Counted from the first letter of the stretch, positions 41,295 through 49,729 are shown. The stretch is 64,000 nucleotides of DNA from an uncultured Nitrosomonadales bacterium (GCA_903915035.1 CAIWRI010000110.1:6796-70795), one strand, 5' to 3'. The notes: generated by a model not told the origin, from the sequence alone. Made by a program: numbers and translations.

Positions 41295-44069
41295 TTAAAT
41301 CAGTGCTTCTGTCCGGCTGCACTCTTCGAGCAAATAAGCGACAGAGCGGTAAGTGCGTCCCGTCTCGGCGGTGAGACCGATTTCACAAGTGCGGTTGGTT
41401 GACACCCCCGAGCAACAGTTGGATGGCAGCTCTGCGTGAATTTTGCGCAAGGCGTGTCCATTGAGCTCAGGGACGGCAAAGCCTCGATCACCGCCAAACC
41501 CGCAGCAATTCACGCCTGCTGGTTCAATGACTTTCAAAGCGCAGGCCGCCACCACCGCGCGCAACTTGGCATCCGTAGCTTCACGTCTCACGCTGCAATT
41601 GATATGCAAGGCCAACGGTTCAGTTTTTCGGGTCAGTTGCAGACGCGGCAACAGTGCATCGTGCGCAAACTCGTGAAAATCGAGCACCCTCAGACGACCC
41701 GCCAGTTGTTTTTGCATCCGTACCGAACAGGCGCTGGCATCCATGATGACAGGATAAAATCCGCCCTGACCATCATCGGCTGCCTTAAAAATTGCAGCGC
41801 AAAGCTTATCGGACATCGCATCCGCGGCCTCACTCATCCCCTTGCTTGCCAGCATCAGGCCGCAGCAAAGCGTATCGAAGTTTTCCGGCAGGCGCGGCGC
41901 ATAACCTGCACGGACCAGCAGCCGGCTGATCACTTCGGGCAATGCCGGCTCATCCTTCACGTTCGCGCCGAAAATACGACTGCCGCAAGTGGGAAAATAC
42001 ACCACAGGATCACCACCCTCGCGGGTTTGAAGCTTCACTTCACCTGCACGCGGCATGCCGCGCTTCCAGACCCCTCCCGACAAACTGGCAAGTAACTCCC
42101 CGCCCAGCACGCTTGCTGCGGCATGACCTGCACTCAAACCGGCACGCGACAGACGGCTCACCACAGAGAAATGCTCAGCAGTCCAGTTGTCAATTTTTCG
42201 TGAAATTCCAGTCGATTTTTGACCGCGCAGCCGCCGCGTCAACGCGCCGGTATCGATGCCGACAGGACAAGCCGTAGCGCACAAACCACAACCGGCACAG
42301 GTATCGAGTGCATTATAAATAAAGCTCGCATCGAGTTCTTTCACCTCAATACCTGCCGACGCCCGTCGCGATAACTCACGCAAACTGCTGATACGCTGGC
42401 GCGGCGAAAAGGTCAGTAAATGGGACGGGCACAACGGCTCGCAAAAACCGCATTCGATGCATTTATCGACGATATCTTCCGTTGCCGGCATGGGTTTGAG
42501 ATGTTGCAAATGCGCTAACGGGTCATCGTTGAGTATCACGCCGGGATTGAGCAAGTTGGCCGGATCGAACAGGACTTTGATCTGGCGCATCAGGCCGGTA
42601 GCCTGAGCGCCCCACTCCATCTCGACAAAAGGCGCCATATTGCGACCCGTACCGTGTTCAGCCTTGAGCGAGCCATCGTACTTATCGACCACCAGATGAC
42701 AGATATCGTCCATGAAGCGTGCATAACGTTCGACTTCCGCTGCATCGCCAAAATCCTGAGTAAACACGAAATGCAGGTTGCCTTCGAGCGCGTGACCGAA
42801 AATAATCGCCTCAACATAGCCGTGCTGGTGCAGCAGCGCCTGCAAATCACGGGTGGCCAGCGCCAGCGATTCGATCGGAAAAGCGACATCCTCGATAATG
42901 ACCGTGGTGCCGGTACGGCGCATCGCACCGACTGAGGGAAAAGTACCCTTGCGCACTTTCCAGTACATCTCGCAGGTGGCAGGATCGGTCGAGAAGACGG
43001 CCGGATACACGGTAGCTATCCCCTTGATGGCCGCCAGCGCGGCTTCTATGCGTTCGCCTAACAAGTCAGCGGTTTCGGCGCGCACTTCAATCAACAGGGC
43101 TGCGACTTCAAAAGCTAGGCCCGACATCTGCTCAGGCATGCCTGGTTTTTTTTCAACCGAACGCAAGGAGGCACGGTCGAGCAACTCAACCGCAGATACC
43201 TGCTCATTTTTCAGACGCATCACCGCCTGGCAGGCGGCGTCGATATCAGCAAAGAACACCAGCGCACTGGCTTTAAAAGGATCTTCGACTATGGTGCGAT
43301 AGCTGATGCGCGAGATAAAGCCCAGCGTACCTTCCGAGCCTATCATCAGATGTGCCAAGATGTCGATCGGATCCTGATAATCGATAAGCGCATTGATGCT
43401 GTAGCCTGTGGTATTTTTGATCTTGAATTTGTGCGCGATGCGTGCTGCCAGCGCTTTATCCGCACAGGTGTCTTTAGCCATGTTCGCCAAACCGTCCAGC
43501 AAGGCGGCATGGCTATGTCTAAAGCTGGCAATGCTCGCCGCGTCTTCAGTGTCGAGCACGCAGCCATCGGCTAGCACCACGCGCAAACCTGCCAGCGTGC
43601 GGTAGCTGTTTGCCGCCGTACCGCAACACATCCCTGACGCATTGTTTGCCGCGATGCCACCGATCTTGCAGGTATTGATCGAGGCCGGATCAGGCCCTAT
43701 CTTGCGACCGAAAGGTGCTAAACGTGCATTCACCTCGCCGCCGATAATGCCCGGCCCCAGACGTACCATAGTCGCATCGGGCGAGATTTCGCAGCTGGCA
43801 AACCCTTCTCCTATCAGCGCCAGCACACTGTCGGTGACACCCTGCCCCGACAAACTGGTACCCGCCGCGCGATAGGTCACGGAACGGCCCTGACTACGTG
43901 CCGCGTTCAACAGTGATTGCAATTCCTGTTCAGACTCGATGATCACCACAACCTCGGGTGTCATGCGGTAAAAACTGGCATCCGTACCGTAAGCGATACG
44001 CCGCAATTCATCACTGATGATCTGTTTGGCAGGCAAGATGCGCGCCAGTGCGCTGACCATCCTGTTCAT
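41295..44069 (-). CDS. FAD- and Fe-S-containing D-lactate/2-hydroxyacid dehydrogenase (fused GlcD-GlcF type)
   Basis: An N-terminal FAD-binding oxidase region (AAGTSLSGQ) is followed by two ferredoxin-type motifs (CIECGFCEPLCP, CAGCGLCATACP) and C-terminal CCG-type cysteine repeats (LCCG, NCCGFGGD). Placement next to lldP and lutABC supports a lactate role. Confidence 0.8.
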   Translation of the reverse strand: MNRMVSALARILPAKQIISDELRRIAYGTDASFYRMTPEVVVIIESEQELQSLLNAARSQGRSVTYRAAGTSLSGQGVTDSVLALIGEGFASCEISPDATMVRLGPGIIGGEVNARLAPFGRKIGPDPASINTCKIGGIAANNASGMCCGTAANSYRTLAGLRVVLADGCVLDTEDAASIASFRHSHAALLDGLANMAKDTCADKALAARIAHKFKIKNTTGYSINALIDYQDPIDILAHLMIGSEGTLGFISRISYRTIVEDPFKASALVFFADIDAACQAVMRLKNEQVSAVELLDRASLRSVEKKPGMPEQMSGLAFEVAALLIEVRAETADLLGERIEAALAAIKGIATVYPAVFSTDPATCEMYWKVRKGTFPSVGAMRRTGTTVIIEDVAFPIESLALATRDLQALLHQHGYVEAIIFGHALEGNLHFVFTQDFGDAAEVERYARFMDDICHLVVDKYDGSLKAEHGTGRNMAPFVEMEWGAQATGLMRQIKVLFDPANLLNPGVILNDDPLAHLQHLKPMPATEDIVDKCIECGFCEPLCPSHLLTFSPRQRISSLRELSRRASAGIEVKELDASFIYNALDTCAGCGLCATACPVGIDTGALTRRLRGQKSTGISRKIDNWTAEHFSVVSRLSRAGLSAGHAAASVLGGELLASLSGGVWKRGMPRAGEVKLQTREGGDPVVYFPTCGSRIFGANVKDEPALPEVISRLLVRAGYAPRLPENFDTLCCGLMLASKGMSEAADAMSDKLCAAIFKAADDGQGGFYPVIMDASACSVRMQKQLAGRLRVLDFHEFAHDALLPRLQLTRKTEPLALHINCSVRREATDAKLRAVVAACALKVIEPAGVNCCGFGGDRGFAVPELNGHALRKIHAELPSNCCSGVSTNRTCEIGLTAETGRTYRSVAYLLEECSRTEALI

Positions 44070-45493
44070 GGCTTTCTGTCCTTCAATAAATCGCGCAGAC
44101 GTTTAGGCGCAGGTTTTAGCGCGGTGCGACTGTAGGTCCAGGCACCCTGTTCGATGGGCGACAGTGCATGCCCCCGACTGAGCAGCCAGGAAGTCAGCCG
44201 GTAGACTTTGAGTCGGCTATAAACCAATGTCCAACCCGCCCAAAATGCACTGGCTAACTTGCTTCGTCCGGCACCGCTGCCGCGCAAGGAGGCCGTTTCA
44301 GGTCTGGCCTGCGCTTCATTGCGCAAACGCACCAGAATATCCGTGATGGGGATTTTGACCGGACACACTTCGACACAGGCACCGCACAAGGTGGAGGCGA
44401 ACGCTAACGGGTAGGTCGCATCCAGCCCCATCATATGAGGCGAAACGATGGCACCGATAGGCCCGGGATAGGTCGTGCCGTAAGCATGGCCGCCGATGCG
44501 CGCATAGACAGGACAATGGTTCATGCATGCCCCGCAGCGGATACATTGCAGCGTGGCGCGCAGCTGTTCGTCCGCATAGGCCTGACTGCGCCCGTTGTCC
44601 AGCAGAATCAAATGCACTTCTTCCGGGCCGTCCTTTTCACCGGGTTGACGGGGACGGCTGATGAGATTGAAGTAAGTCGTGATGGATTGACCTGTCGCCG
44701 AGCGTGTCAGCAGACTATACAAAGGCAACACATGTTCAAGTTTTTCCAGCACTTTTTCGATGCCGGTAACGGCGATATGCACACGCGGTACCGTGGTACA
44801 CAGGCGACCGTTCCCCTCGTTCTCAACCAGACAGATCGTGCCGGTTTCAGCGACCAGGAAATTGGCACCGGACAGCCCGATGTCCGCATCGGCAAACTTG
44901 CGACGCAGCGCTTGCCTGCCGATTTTGATCAACTCATCGACATCTTCCGTGTAAGCCACACCGGGAATCTTTTCCGCAAACAGGGCTGCGATTGCCTGCT
45001 TGGTCTTGTGGATAGCCGGCATGATAATGTGCGATGGTTTCTCACCAGCCAGTTCGACGATATATTCGCCCATATCGGTTTCAAACGCCTCGATACCGGC
45101 GGCCTTCATCGCATGGTTAAATTCGATTTCCTCGCTGACCATCGACTTGCCTTTGGCGATGGTACGCGCGTTGACGCGGCGGGCAATCTCAATCGCAATG
45201 GCATTGGCCTCATCGGCGGTCGCTGCCCAATGTACCTGTATGCCGTTGGCGGTCATCCTGGTTTCGAGTTGTACCAGCAGTTCAGGCAGGCGGGCCAGAC
45301 TGTTGCGGCGGATCGCTGAACCGATGTCGCGCAAGCCCTCTAACTCCAGCTGATCTGGAAACTGCACACGCCGCTTATCCTGCAAAAAGTCCATCGCCCC
45401 GCGAAAATTTTTGCGCTGCCCCGGGTCTTGCACGGCCGCCAGACTGCGCGCCTTGAAATCCGCATCAGGATGAAAGTGAATGACCTGACTCAT
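44066..45493 (-). CDS. lutB: Lactate utilisation protein B (LutB/LldF), Fe-S protein
   Basis: LUD-type domain plus CIRCGACMNHCPVY and CGACVEVCPVKI clusters. It shares a 4-nt ATGA overlap with both neighbours. Confidence 0.85.
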   Translation of the reverse strand: MSQVIHFHPDADFKARSLAAVQDPGQRKNFRGAMDFLQDKRRVQFPDQLELEGLRDIGSAIRRNSLARLPELLVQLETRMTANGIQVHWAATADEANAIAIEIARRVNARTIAKGKSMVSEEIEFNHAMKAAGIEAFETDMGEYIVELAGEKPSHIIMPAIHKTKQAIAALFAEKIPGVAYTEDVDELIKIGRQALRRKFADADIGLSGANFLVAETGTICLVENEGNGRLCTTVPRVHIAVTGIEKVLEKLEHVLPLYSLLTRSATGQSITTYFNLISRPRQPGEKDGPEEVHLILLDNGRSQAYADEQLRATLQCIRCGACMNHCPVYARIGGHAYGTTYPGPIGAIVSPHMMGLDATYPLAFASTLCGACVEVCPVKIPITDILVRLRNEAQARPETASLRGSGAGRSKLASAFWAGWTLVYSRLKVYRLTSWLLSRGHALSPIEQGAWTYSRTALKPAPKRLRDLLKDRKP

Positions 45494-46170
45494 AGCGATT
45501 CTCCCTTAACCGATTCGTGACAGAACAACACCACCAATTCACGCGGGCCGTGTGCGCCGTAGGCTAGCGTCTGCTGGATATCCGCCGTCTTGGAAGGGCC
45601 TGAAATCAGCAGCGCATTAGTCGGCATGGCATCCTTCCAGCCTTCGGCCGTGATGGCCTGATAAAAGTCTGCGTAAATTTTGCGTGTGTCAAGCAGCACA
45701 AAATGCACCGGCGGCACTAGCGACATCAAACGCGGTTCGGCGGCATCAGGCCAGAGGATCAAACTGCCGGTTTCGGCGATGGCGCTGCGCGCACAGGTCA
45801 ATGAGGCGTCAATATTGTCAAACAGCACGTCCCGCCAGTCCTCTATCGACTTGTCGTACCGGATCAGATCTAACGATTCTTGCGCTACTGCTTGCAAAGT
45901 GTCGCCGTGCGTGGTGTTGTCGCCTATCAGCAAATTTCGCAAGCCCTTTGCACTCGCCAGACGCAGCAACAGCGACGGCCAGTCGCTCTCCGTGGTGTCG
46001 TGCACTTCGGTATGAACCGCTTCGAGTACGCTGCGTAAACGTTGAATGCGCTGTACAGCATCTTCATCGCGCTGATGTGCGCCGTACCAGTCTTTCATTA
46101 CGGGCAACGCCGGTATCTCGGTGACGGCTGATGCGCGCAACCGTCCCAGAATAAGCTCGCGCGCATTCAT
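45490..46170 (-). CDS. lutC: Lactate utilisation protein C (LutC/LldG)
   Basis: 226-aa LUD-domain protein (AIAETGSLIL ... VPPVHFVLL ... LISGPSKTADIQQTL). Confidence 0.8.
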   Translation of the reverse strand: MNARELILGRLRASAVTEIPALPVMKDWYGAHQRDEDAVQRIQRLRSVLEAVHTEVHDTTESDWPSLLLRLASAKGLRNLLIGDNTTHGDTLQAVAQESLDLIRYDKSIEDWRDVLFDNIDASLTCARSAIAETGSLILWPDAAEPRLMSLVPPVHFVLLDTRKIYADFYQAITAEGWKDAMPTNALLISGPSKTADIQQTLAYGAHGPRELVVLFCHESVKGESL

Positions 46171-46970
46171 AATGTTGCTTTCGAAGTGCGGCGCAGCAGA
46201 AAACTGGCAATATGCTCGCCCGCCAGGGACGGCGTATCGAGCTGTGCGATTTCATCCAGCCTCGCGGCACGACCGGTAATATTGAACAGGCAACCGCAAT
46301 CAGCGCTGACCACGCGTTCCGCACTGGTGGCCTGAATCGCTGCGACCTTATCTGACACGATTGCTTCGGAAATTTCCGGATAGCGCATGGCGAACGTTCC
46401 GCCAAACCCGCAACACTCTTCGATGCGCGCTTGTTGAACCACCGTCACCTGCGCCAACGAATCCAACAGCGCGACGCTCGTTTCATGCGAGCCCATTTCA
46501 CGGCGCGCATGACAGGAAGTATGCAGGGCGATAGTGCAGTCAGAACCATAGTCCGGCTGCTTAAAATTAACCACATGCACCAGAAATTCGGTCAATTCAA
46601 AAATGCGTTCGGCTAATGCCTGAGACCGGGCTAGCAGTAGCGGATCAGCGGCAAACAACTGCGGGTAATGATGGCGCATCATCGCGGCACAAGAGCCTGA
46701 AGGCACAACAACAGGCCAGGGTTCAGGAAAAATAGTCAGCTGACGACTTGCTACCGCGCGCGCCTCGTCAGGATAACCGCTGCTATAAGCCGGTTGTCCG
46801 CAACAAGTCTGGCTTTCCGGATAATGCACCCTAATACCTTCCCGTTCCAGCAGCAAAATGGTATCCATGCCGGCTTCCGGGGCAAACTGGTCGACCAGAC
46901 AGGTCGCATAAAGATAAACGTCGCGAGGCTTGGGCGGGTATACCCTGCCCTGTGTTTTGTCCAATCCCAT
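46167..46970 (-). CDS. lutA: Lactate utilisation protein A (LutA/LldE), CCG-domain Fe-S oxidoreductase
   Basis: Two CCG motifs (TCCGQP, ECCGFGG). GGGGAG lies upstream of the ATG. It is the first gene of the operon. Confidence 0.85.
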   Translation of the reverse strand: MGLDKTQGRVYPPKPRDVYLYATCLVDQFAPEAGMDTILLLEREGIRVHYPESQTCCGQPAYSSGYPDEARAVASRQLTIFPEPWPVVVPSGSCAAMMRHHYPQLFAADPLLLARSQALAERIFELTEFLVHVVNFKQPDYGSDCTIALHTSCHARREMGSHETSVALLDSLAQVTVVQQARIEECCGFGGTFAMRYPEISEAIVSDKVAAIQATSAERVVSADCGCLFNITGRAARLDEIAQLDTPSLAGEHIASFLLRRTSKATL

Positions 46971-47002
46971 GATCTTATCTCCCCCGGCTTATTTTGCAAC
47001 GG

Positions 47003-47023
47003 TTGGTAAGGTGGTCTTACCAA
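47003..47023. promoter_or_regulatory. LldR/FadR-type GntR operator candidate upstream of lutA
   Basis: Contains TGGTCTTACCA (47012-47022), which fits TNGTNNNACNA, embedded in the larger palindrome TTGGTAAG-GTGGT-CTTACCAA. The 13-mer GTGGTCTTACCAA recurs at 47144. Confidence 0.55.
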
Positions 47024-47143
47024 AAAAGTTATGCACTATAAAATGGGATATATACTTTGTCAACTGATTCCGGCAGAGGCTGCGTGACCAGTAAATAAAA
47101 CAGATTCCAATTGACTATTCAAGGCTCAACAAATACTATCCAA

Positions 47144-47156
47144 GTGGTCTTACCAA
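47144..47156. promoter_or_regulatory. Second copy of the operator, just upstream of the regulator gene
   Basis: An identical 13-mer GTGGTCTTACCAA lies 11 nt before the regulator ATG, which suggests autoregulation. Confidence 0.55.
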
Positions 47157-47166
47157 GGTATATTCA

Positions 47167-47913
47167 ATGTTACAGAGTCGTCCTACCGTTACTCGCATTT
47201 CCGACGCCATTGCTACCGAACTGGAAAAACGCATCCTGGAAGGTTCACTGAAACCCGGCGATCGCCTCCCCTCTGAACGGGATTTTTCTGCAGAGCTGGG
47301 GGTGTCCCGCCCTTCTTTGCGAGAGGCGATTCAAAAACTGATCACCAAAGGACTGCTAACCTCACGCCATGGCGGAGGAACCTTTGTCACCGATCGACTG
47401 GATGCACATTTTGTCGATCCCTGGCAGGATCTGCTCAGCGGCCACCCGATGCTGCACACCGACTTACTCGAATTTCGTCAAATGCTGGAGAGCCAGGCGG
47501 CCTATCTGGCAGCCGAACGGGCAACGGATGTCGACATTCAGCGTCTGGATGCGCTGTACGCCGCGCTGGATATGGTCTATGAGAGCAACGATGTGGTGGC
47601 CTGCATCGCTGTCGATGTCGCCTTCCATCAGGGCATTGCAGATGCCGCACATAACGTGTTGATCGGACATATGACGGTCAGCCTGATGAAACTGATCCAC
47701 GGGCATGTCGCCATTAATCTGGAACACCTGCATGATCGCCCTTTGCGCTGGGAACAGTTACGCGCGCAGCACCGCGCGATCTGGCAGGCCATTCGCAACC
47801 ATCAACCGGAAGCGGCCGCAGCAGCCGCACTCAGTCACATCGAGTTTGTCCGGGAAAATTTAACCGATGCGACCCGGGATGCGGAACGCCGCCTCAGTGC
47901 CTTGCGACGCTAA
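47167..47913 (+). CDS. GntR-family transcriptional regulator, FadR subfamily (LldR/PdhR-like)
   Basis: N-terminal winged HTH (LPSERDFSAELGVSRPSLREAIQKL) plus an all-helical FCD-type C-domain. It is divergent from the lactate operon. Confidence 0.85.
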   Translation: MLQSRPTVTRISDAIATELEKRILEGSLKPGDRLPSERDFSAELGVSRPSLREAIQKLITKGLLTSRHGGGTFVTDRLDAHFVDPWQDLLSGHPMLHTDLLEFRQMLESQAAYLAAERATDVDIQRLDALYAALDMVYESNDVVACIAVDVAFHQGIADAAHNVLIGHMTVSLMKLIHGHVAINLEHLHDRPLRWEQLRAQHRAIWQAIRNHQPEAAAAAALSHIEFVRENLTDATRDAERRLSALRR

Positions 47914-47984
47914 TTGCCATGCCAGTCGTATACCTCCGCAGCTTCGAAATACGGAGTAAATCTATAGCGGCCCCTTGCCAGGAT

Positions 47985-48372
47985 GTTACTGAAATCTTGT
48001 GCGAGCAAGTCGGCGGCGCGCGAAAGTAAATCTCTCGCTAGCTCTGAAATATCAGCCGCTGGCCCGAGGTGATTCACTTACCCCGGCCGGGAAACGACCT
48101 TAGTGGTACAGGAGACGGCTTCTGCTCTACCGGATAAGCACCCGCCGGAATACCATTTTTTATATAAAAATCAAAATCTTGCATGAATAATTTTTTACAC
48201 ATAGTCTGACACGGACCGGATGCAAGGTGCAGTGTACTGGATGCAAGGTGTAATAGACGGGATACAGTCCGCGATTCACCGGATATAGTCCGCCACGGAT
48301 GAAATAAAGTCAGGCGCGGGTGAAATAAATTCAGGCAAGGACTGGCGGAACAGGAAAACATGTCAGTAGAAA
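47985..48372 (+). ncRNA. Candidate structured or protein-sponge sRNA (copy B, with a 70-nt AT-rich insertion)
   Basis: It is the reverse complement of copy A at about 90% identity outside two indels. I count 13 GGA versus 2 TCC on the plus strand between 48090 and 48355. The overlapping track ORF is not conserved as protein. The strand and ends are tentative. Confidence 0.35.
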
Positions 48373-48819
48373 AGTTAAAAAGTAACCAGCAGCCGATCTG
48401 CCACCGGCAAAATTGTTTATATTTTTCTATAACTGTTACTGCGTAACATCAGTTATTAATTTCGCATGGTGATTCCAGCAAGACAGCAAGGACGAATATA
48501 AGGCACAACACTGATACGCACGCAACAGCCTTGGATGTACTCAACGGGGATAAAGGGCACGGAAGGCATGAGAGCATCCTCACAGAACGTTTACGCTGCA
48601 ATATAAACCGTACTGCGCCGCTGGCGGAGGTGCAGATAGAGCAGGCGAAGGTCATGAAATTATTCAAATTATAGCAAGAATTCAGATGATCGCCTGCTAC
48701 GATTCAGAACTGCTAAGGCAATGCGCAAAACATGTAAGACTTGCCTTATTGTTTGAATTTGAACTTATCCGTAAGATGTACTCTGTGCGTTCAATTATCA
48801 AACAAGGGGGGATAGACAA

Positions 48820-48999
48820 ATGAAAACCGCGCAAAGCAGAAGGAGAATATTTTTCTATACTGAGTTTAGGCATAACGTTTCATTTACCGATGTAAAGCCA
48901 GGCCGAGACGAACTACATAGCGGATGGCATTATGCGGGGGTTGCCTATAGACAGGAGCTTACTAATGATTTACTTGTGAAGAATATTAAATCAGAATGA
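48820..48999 (+). CDS. Hypothetical 59-aa basic protein (below the track length cut-off)
   Basis: The ATG lies 8 nt after AAGGGGGGA. The frame is open for 59 codons (MKTAQSRRRIFFYTEFRHNV ...). The TGA stop overlaps the next ATG (ATGA), and TTGTTT-17 nt-TAAGAT lies upstream. Confidence 0.35.
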   Translation: MKTAQSRRRIFFYTEFRHNVSFTDVKPGRDELHSGWHYAGVAYRQELTNDLLVKNIKSE

Positions 49000-49217
49000 A
49001 AAAATCCTCAAAATTCGATTGTCCTGCCTATGGACACACGGTCACAGTGCATGAATCGCTCTCGCTGCTTGAATCAGGGGTAGGGCCGGTTCGCAAACCA
49101 ATTTCATGCAGCGGGTCACTCTTATGTGGTGTTGAGAAAAAAAACCGTGATGGAGTTGCAATTAATTGGATCGCCTGTCCATGGAAAAAGTCATTCAGCG
49201 AAAGCAAGCAATCGTAA
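48996..49217 (+). CDS. Hypothetical 73-aa Cys/His-containing protein
   Basis: Track ORF, coupled to the upstream mini-ORF. It contains C9, H14, H19, C38, C44 and C61, and is followed by a hairpin plus a U-rich tract. Confidence 0.4.
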   Translation: MKKSSKFDCPAYGHTVTVHESLSLLESGVGPVRKPISCSGSLLCGVEKKNRDGVAINWIACPWKKSFSESKQS

Positions 49218-49226
49218 ATATTCGAT

Positions 49227-49262
49227 AGCCGCTTGCTGGAAACAGTATGGCGGCTTTCGTCT
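49227..49262 (+). terminator. Possible intrinsic terminator of the two-ORF cassette
   Basis: AGCCGC-17 nt loop-GCGGCT, followed by TTCGTCTT. The stem is short (6 bp) and the loop is long, so this call is weak. Confidence 0.35.
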
Positions 49263-49547
49263 TAATGCAGGTCACTGTGACGCTAATTAACCCGAACACT
49301 ACGCGTTAAAAGGCTTGCGACTGCATCCATGACCGACGATAGAGGGGGCTCAAGCATGTTGAATATGCGCCCCTACTGGCGCGGTGAGCGGATTAGGACG
49401 CATGGCACAGATGAACGGAGGCAGAAACAGAGATCACTAGCAGGGCCGACGATGCGAGGCTTGATGAATACTTTGCCTTACGCGGTGAGAATAAATAGGG
49501 GCATCGTGACAACTTAGGAATGAGATGCTTATTTGGCGCTTATTCGT

Positions 49548-49583
49548 GAAAAAGGACTTAGAGTTTTTTATTCTCTAAGTCCT
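49548..49583 (-). terminator. Intrinsic terminator of tRNA-Lys
   Basis: The minus strand reads AGGACTTAGAG-AATAAAAAA-CTCTAAGTCCT-TTTTT: an 11-bp perfect stem that starts 8 nt after the CCA end. Confidence 0.85.
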
Positions 49584-49591
49584 TGATTCTT

Positions 49592-49667
49592 TGGTGGGTC
49601 GTGCGAGGATCGAACTTGCGACAAATGGATTAAGAGTCCACTGCTCTACCGGCTGAGCTAACGACCC
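49592..49667 (-). tRNA. tRNA-Lys (anticodon CUU), CCA encoded
   Basis: A 76-nt cloverleaf folded by hand: GGGTCGT acceptor, GCTC/GAGC D stem, GTGGA/TCCAT anticodon stem, loop CTCTTAA, TTCGATC T loop, terminal CCA. It closely resembles E. coli tRNA-Lys. There is one A-C mismatch in the T stem. Confidence 0.9.
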
Positions 49668-49700
49668 GTAATGATTTTAGCTGCATCAAAAGTGGAGCGC

Positions 49701-49729
49701 ATTATAGTTTGAATAATAACTTTTGTCAA
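49701..49729 (-). promoter_or_regulatory. Consensus sigma70 promoter of tRNA-Lys
   Basis: The minus strand reads TTGACA (49729-49724), a 17-nt spacer, then TATAAT (49706-49701). A GC-rich discriminator GCGCTCC follows and an A/T-rich UP-like tract lies upstream. Confidence 0.8.

Noticed and set aside
10316-48372. The inverted repeat pair might mark a 38-kb composite transposon or genomic island.
   Set aside because: - The repeats encode no transposase.
- The interior is core metabolism and signalling at the same GC content as the flanks.
- There is no integrase, conjugation or phage gene, and no target-site duplication.
48449-48667. A 72-aa Cys-rich ORF on the minus strand downstream of copy B.
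   Set aside because: It has no ribosome-binding site and an odd composition. It lies antisense to a GGA-rich stretch that may belong to the RNA. A chance ORF is likely in this AT-rich tract.
49329-49517. A 62-aa Arg-rich ORF between the mini-ORF cassette and the tRNA terminator.
   Set aside because: It has no ribosome-binding site, its sequence is low-complexity and basic, and it has no coupling or terminator of its own. I treat it as spurious.
49592-49667. The tRNA-Lys might be an attachment site of an integrated element.
   Set aside because: - I found no repeat of the tRNA 3' segment within 2 kb on either side. Only a 7-nt chance match (GTGCGAG) occurs inside copy B.
- There is no integrase or excisionase ORF.
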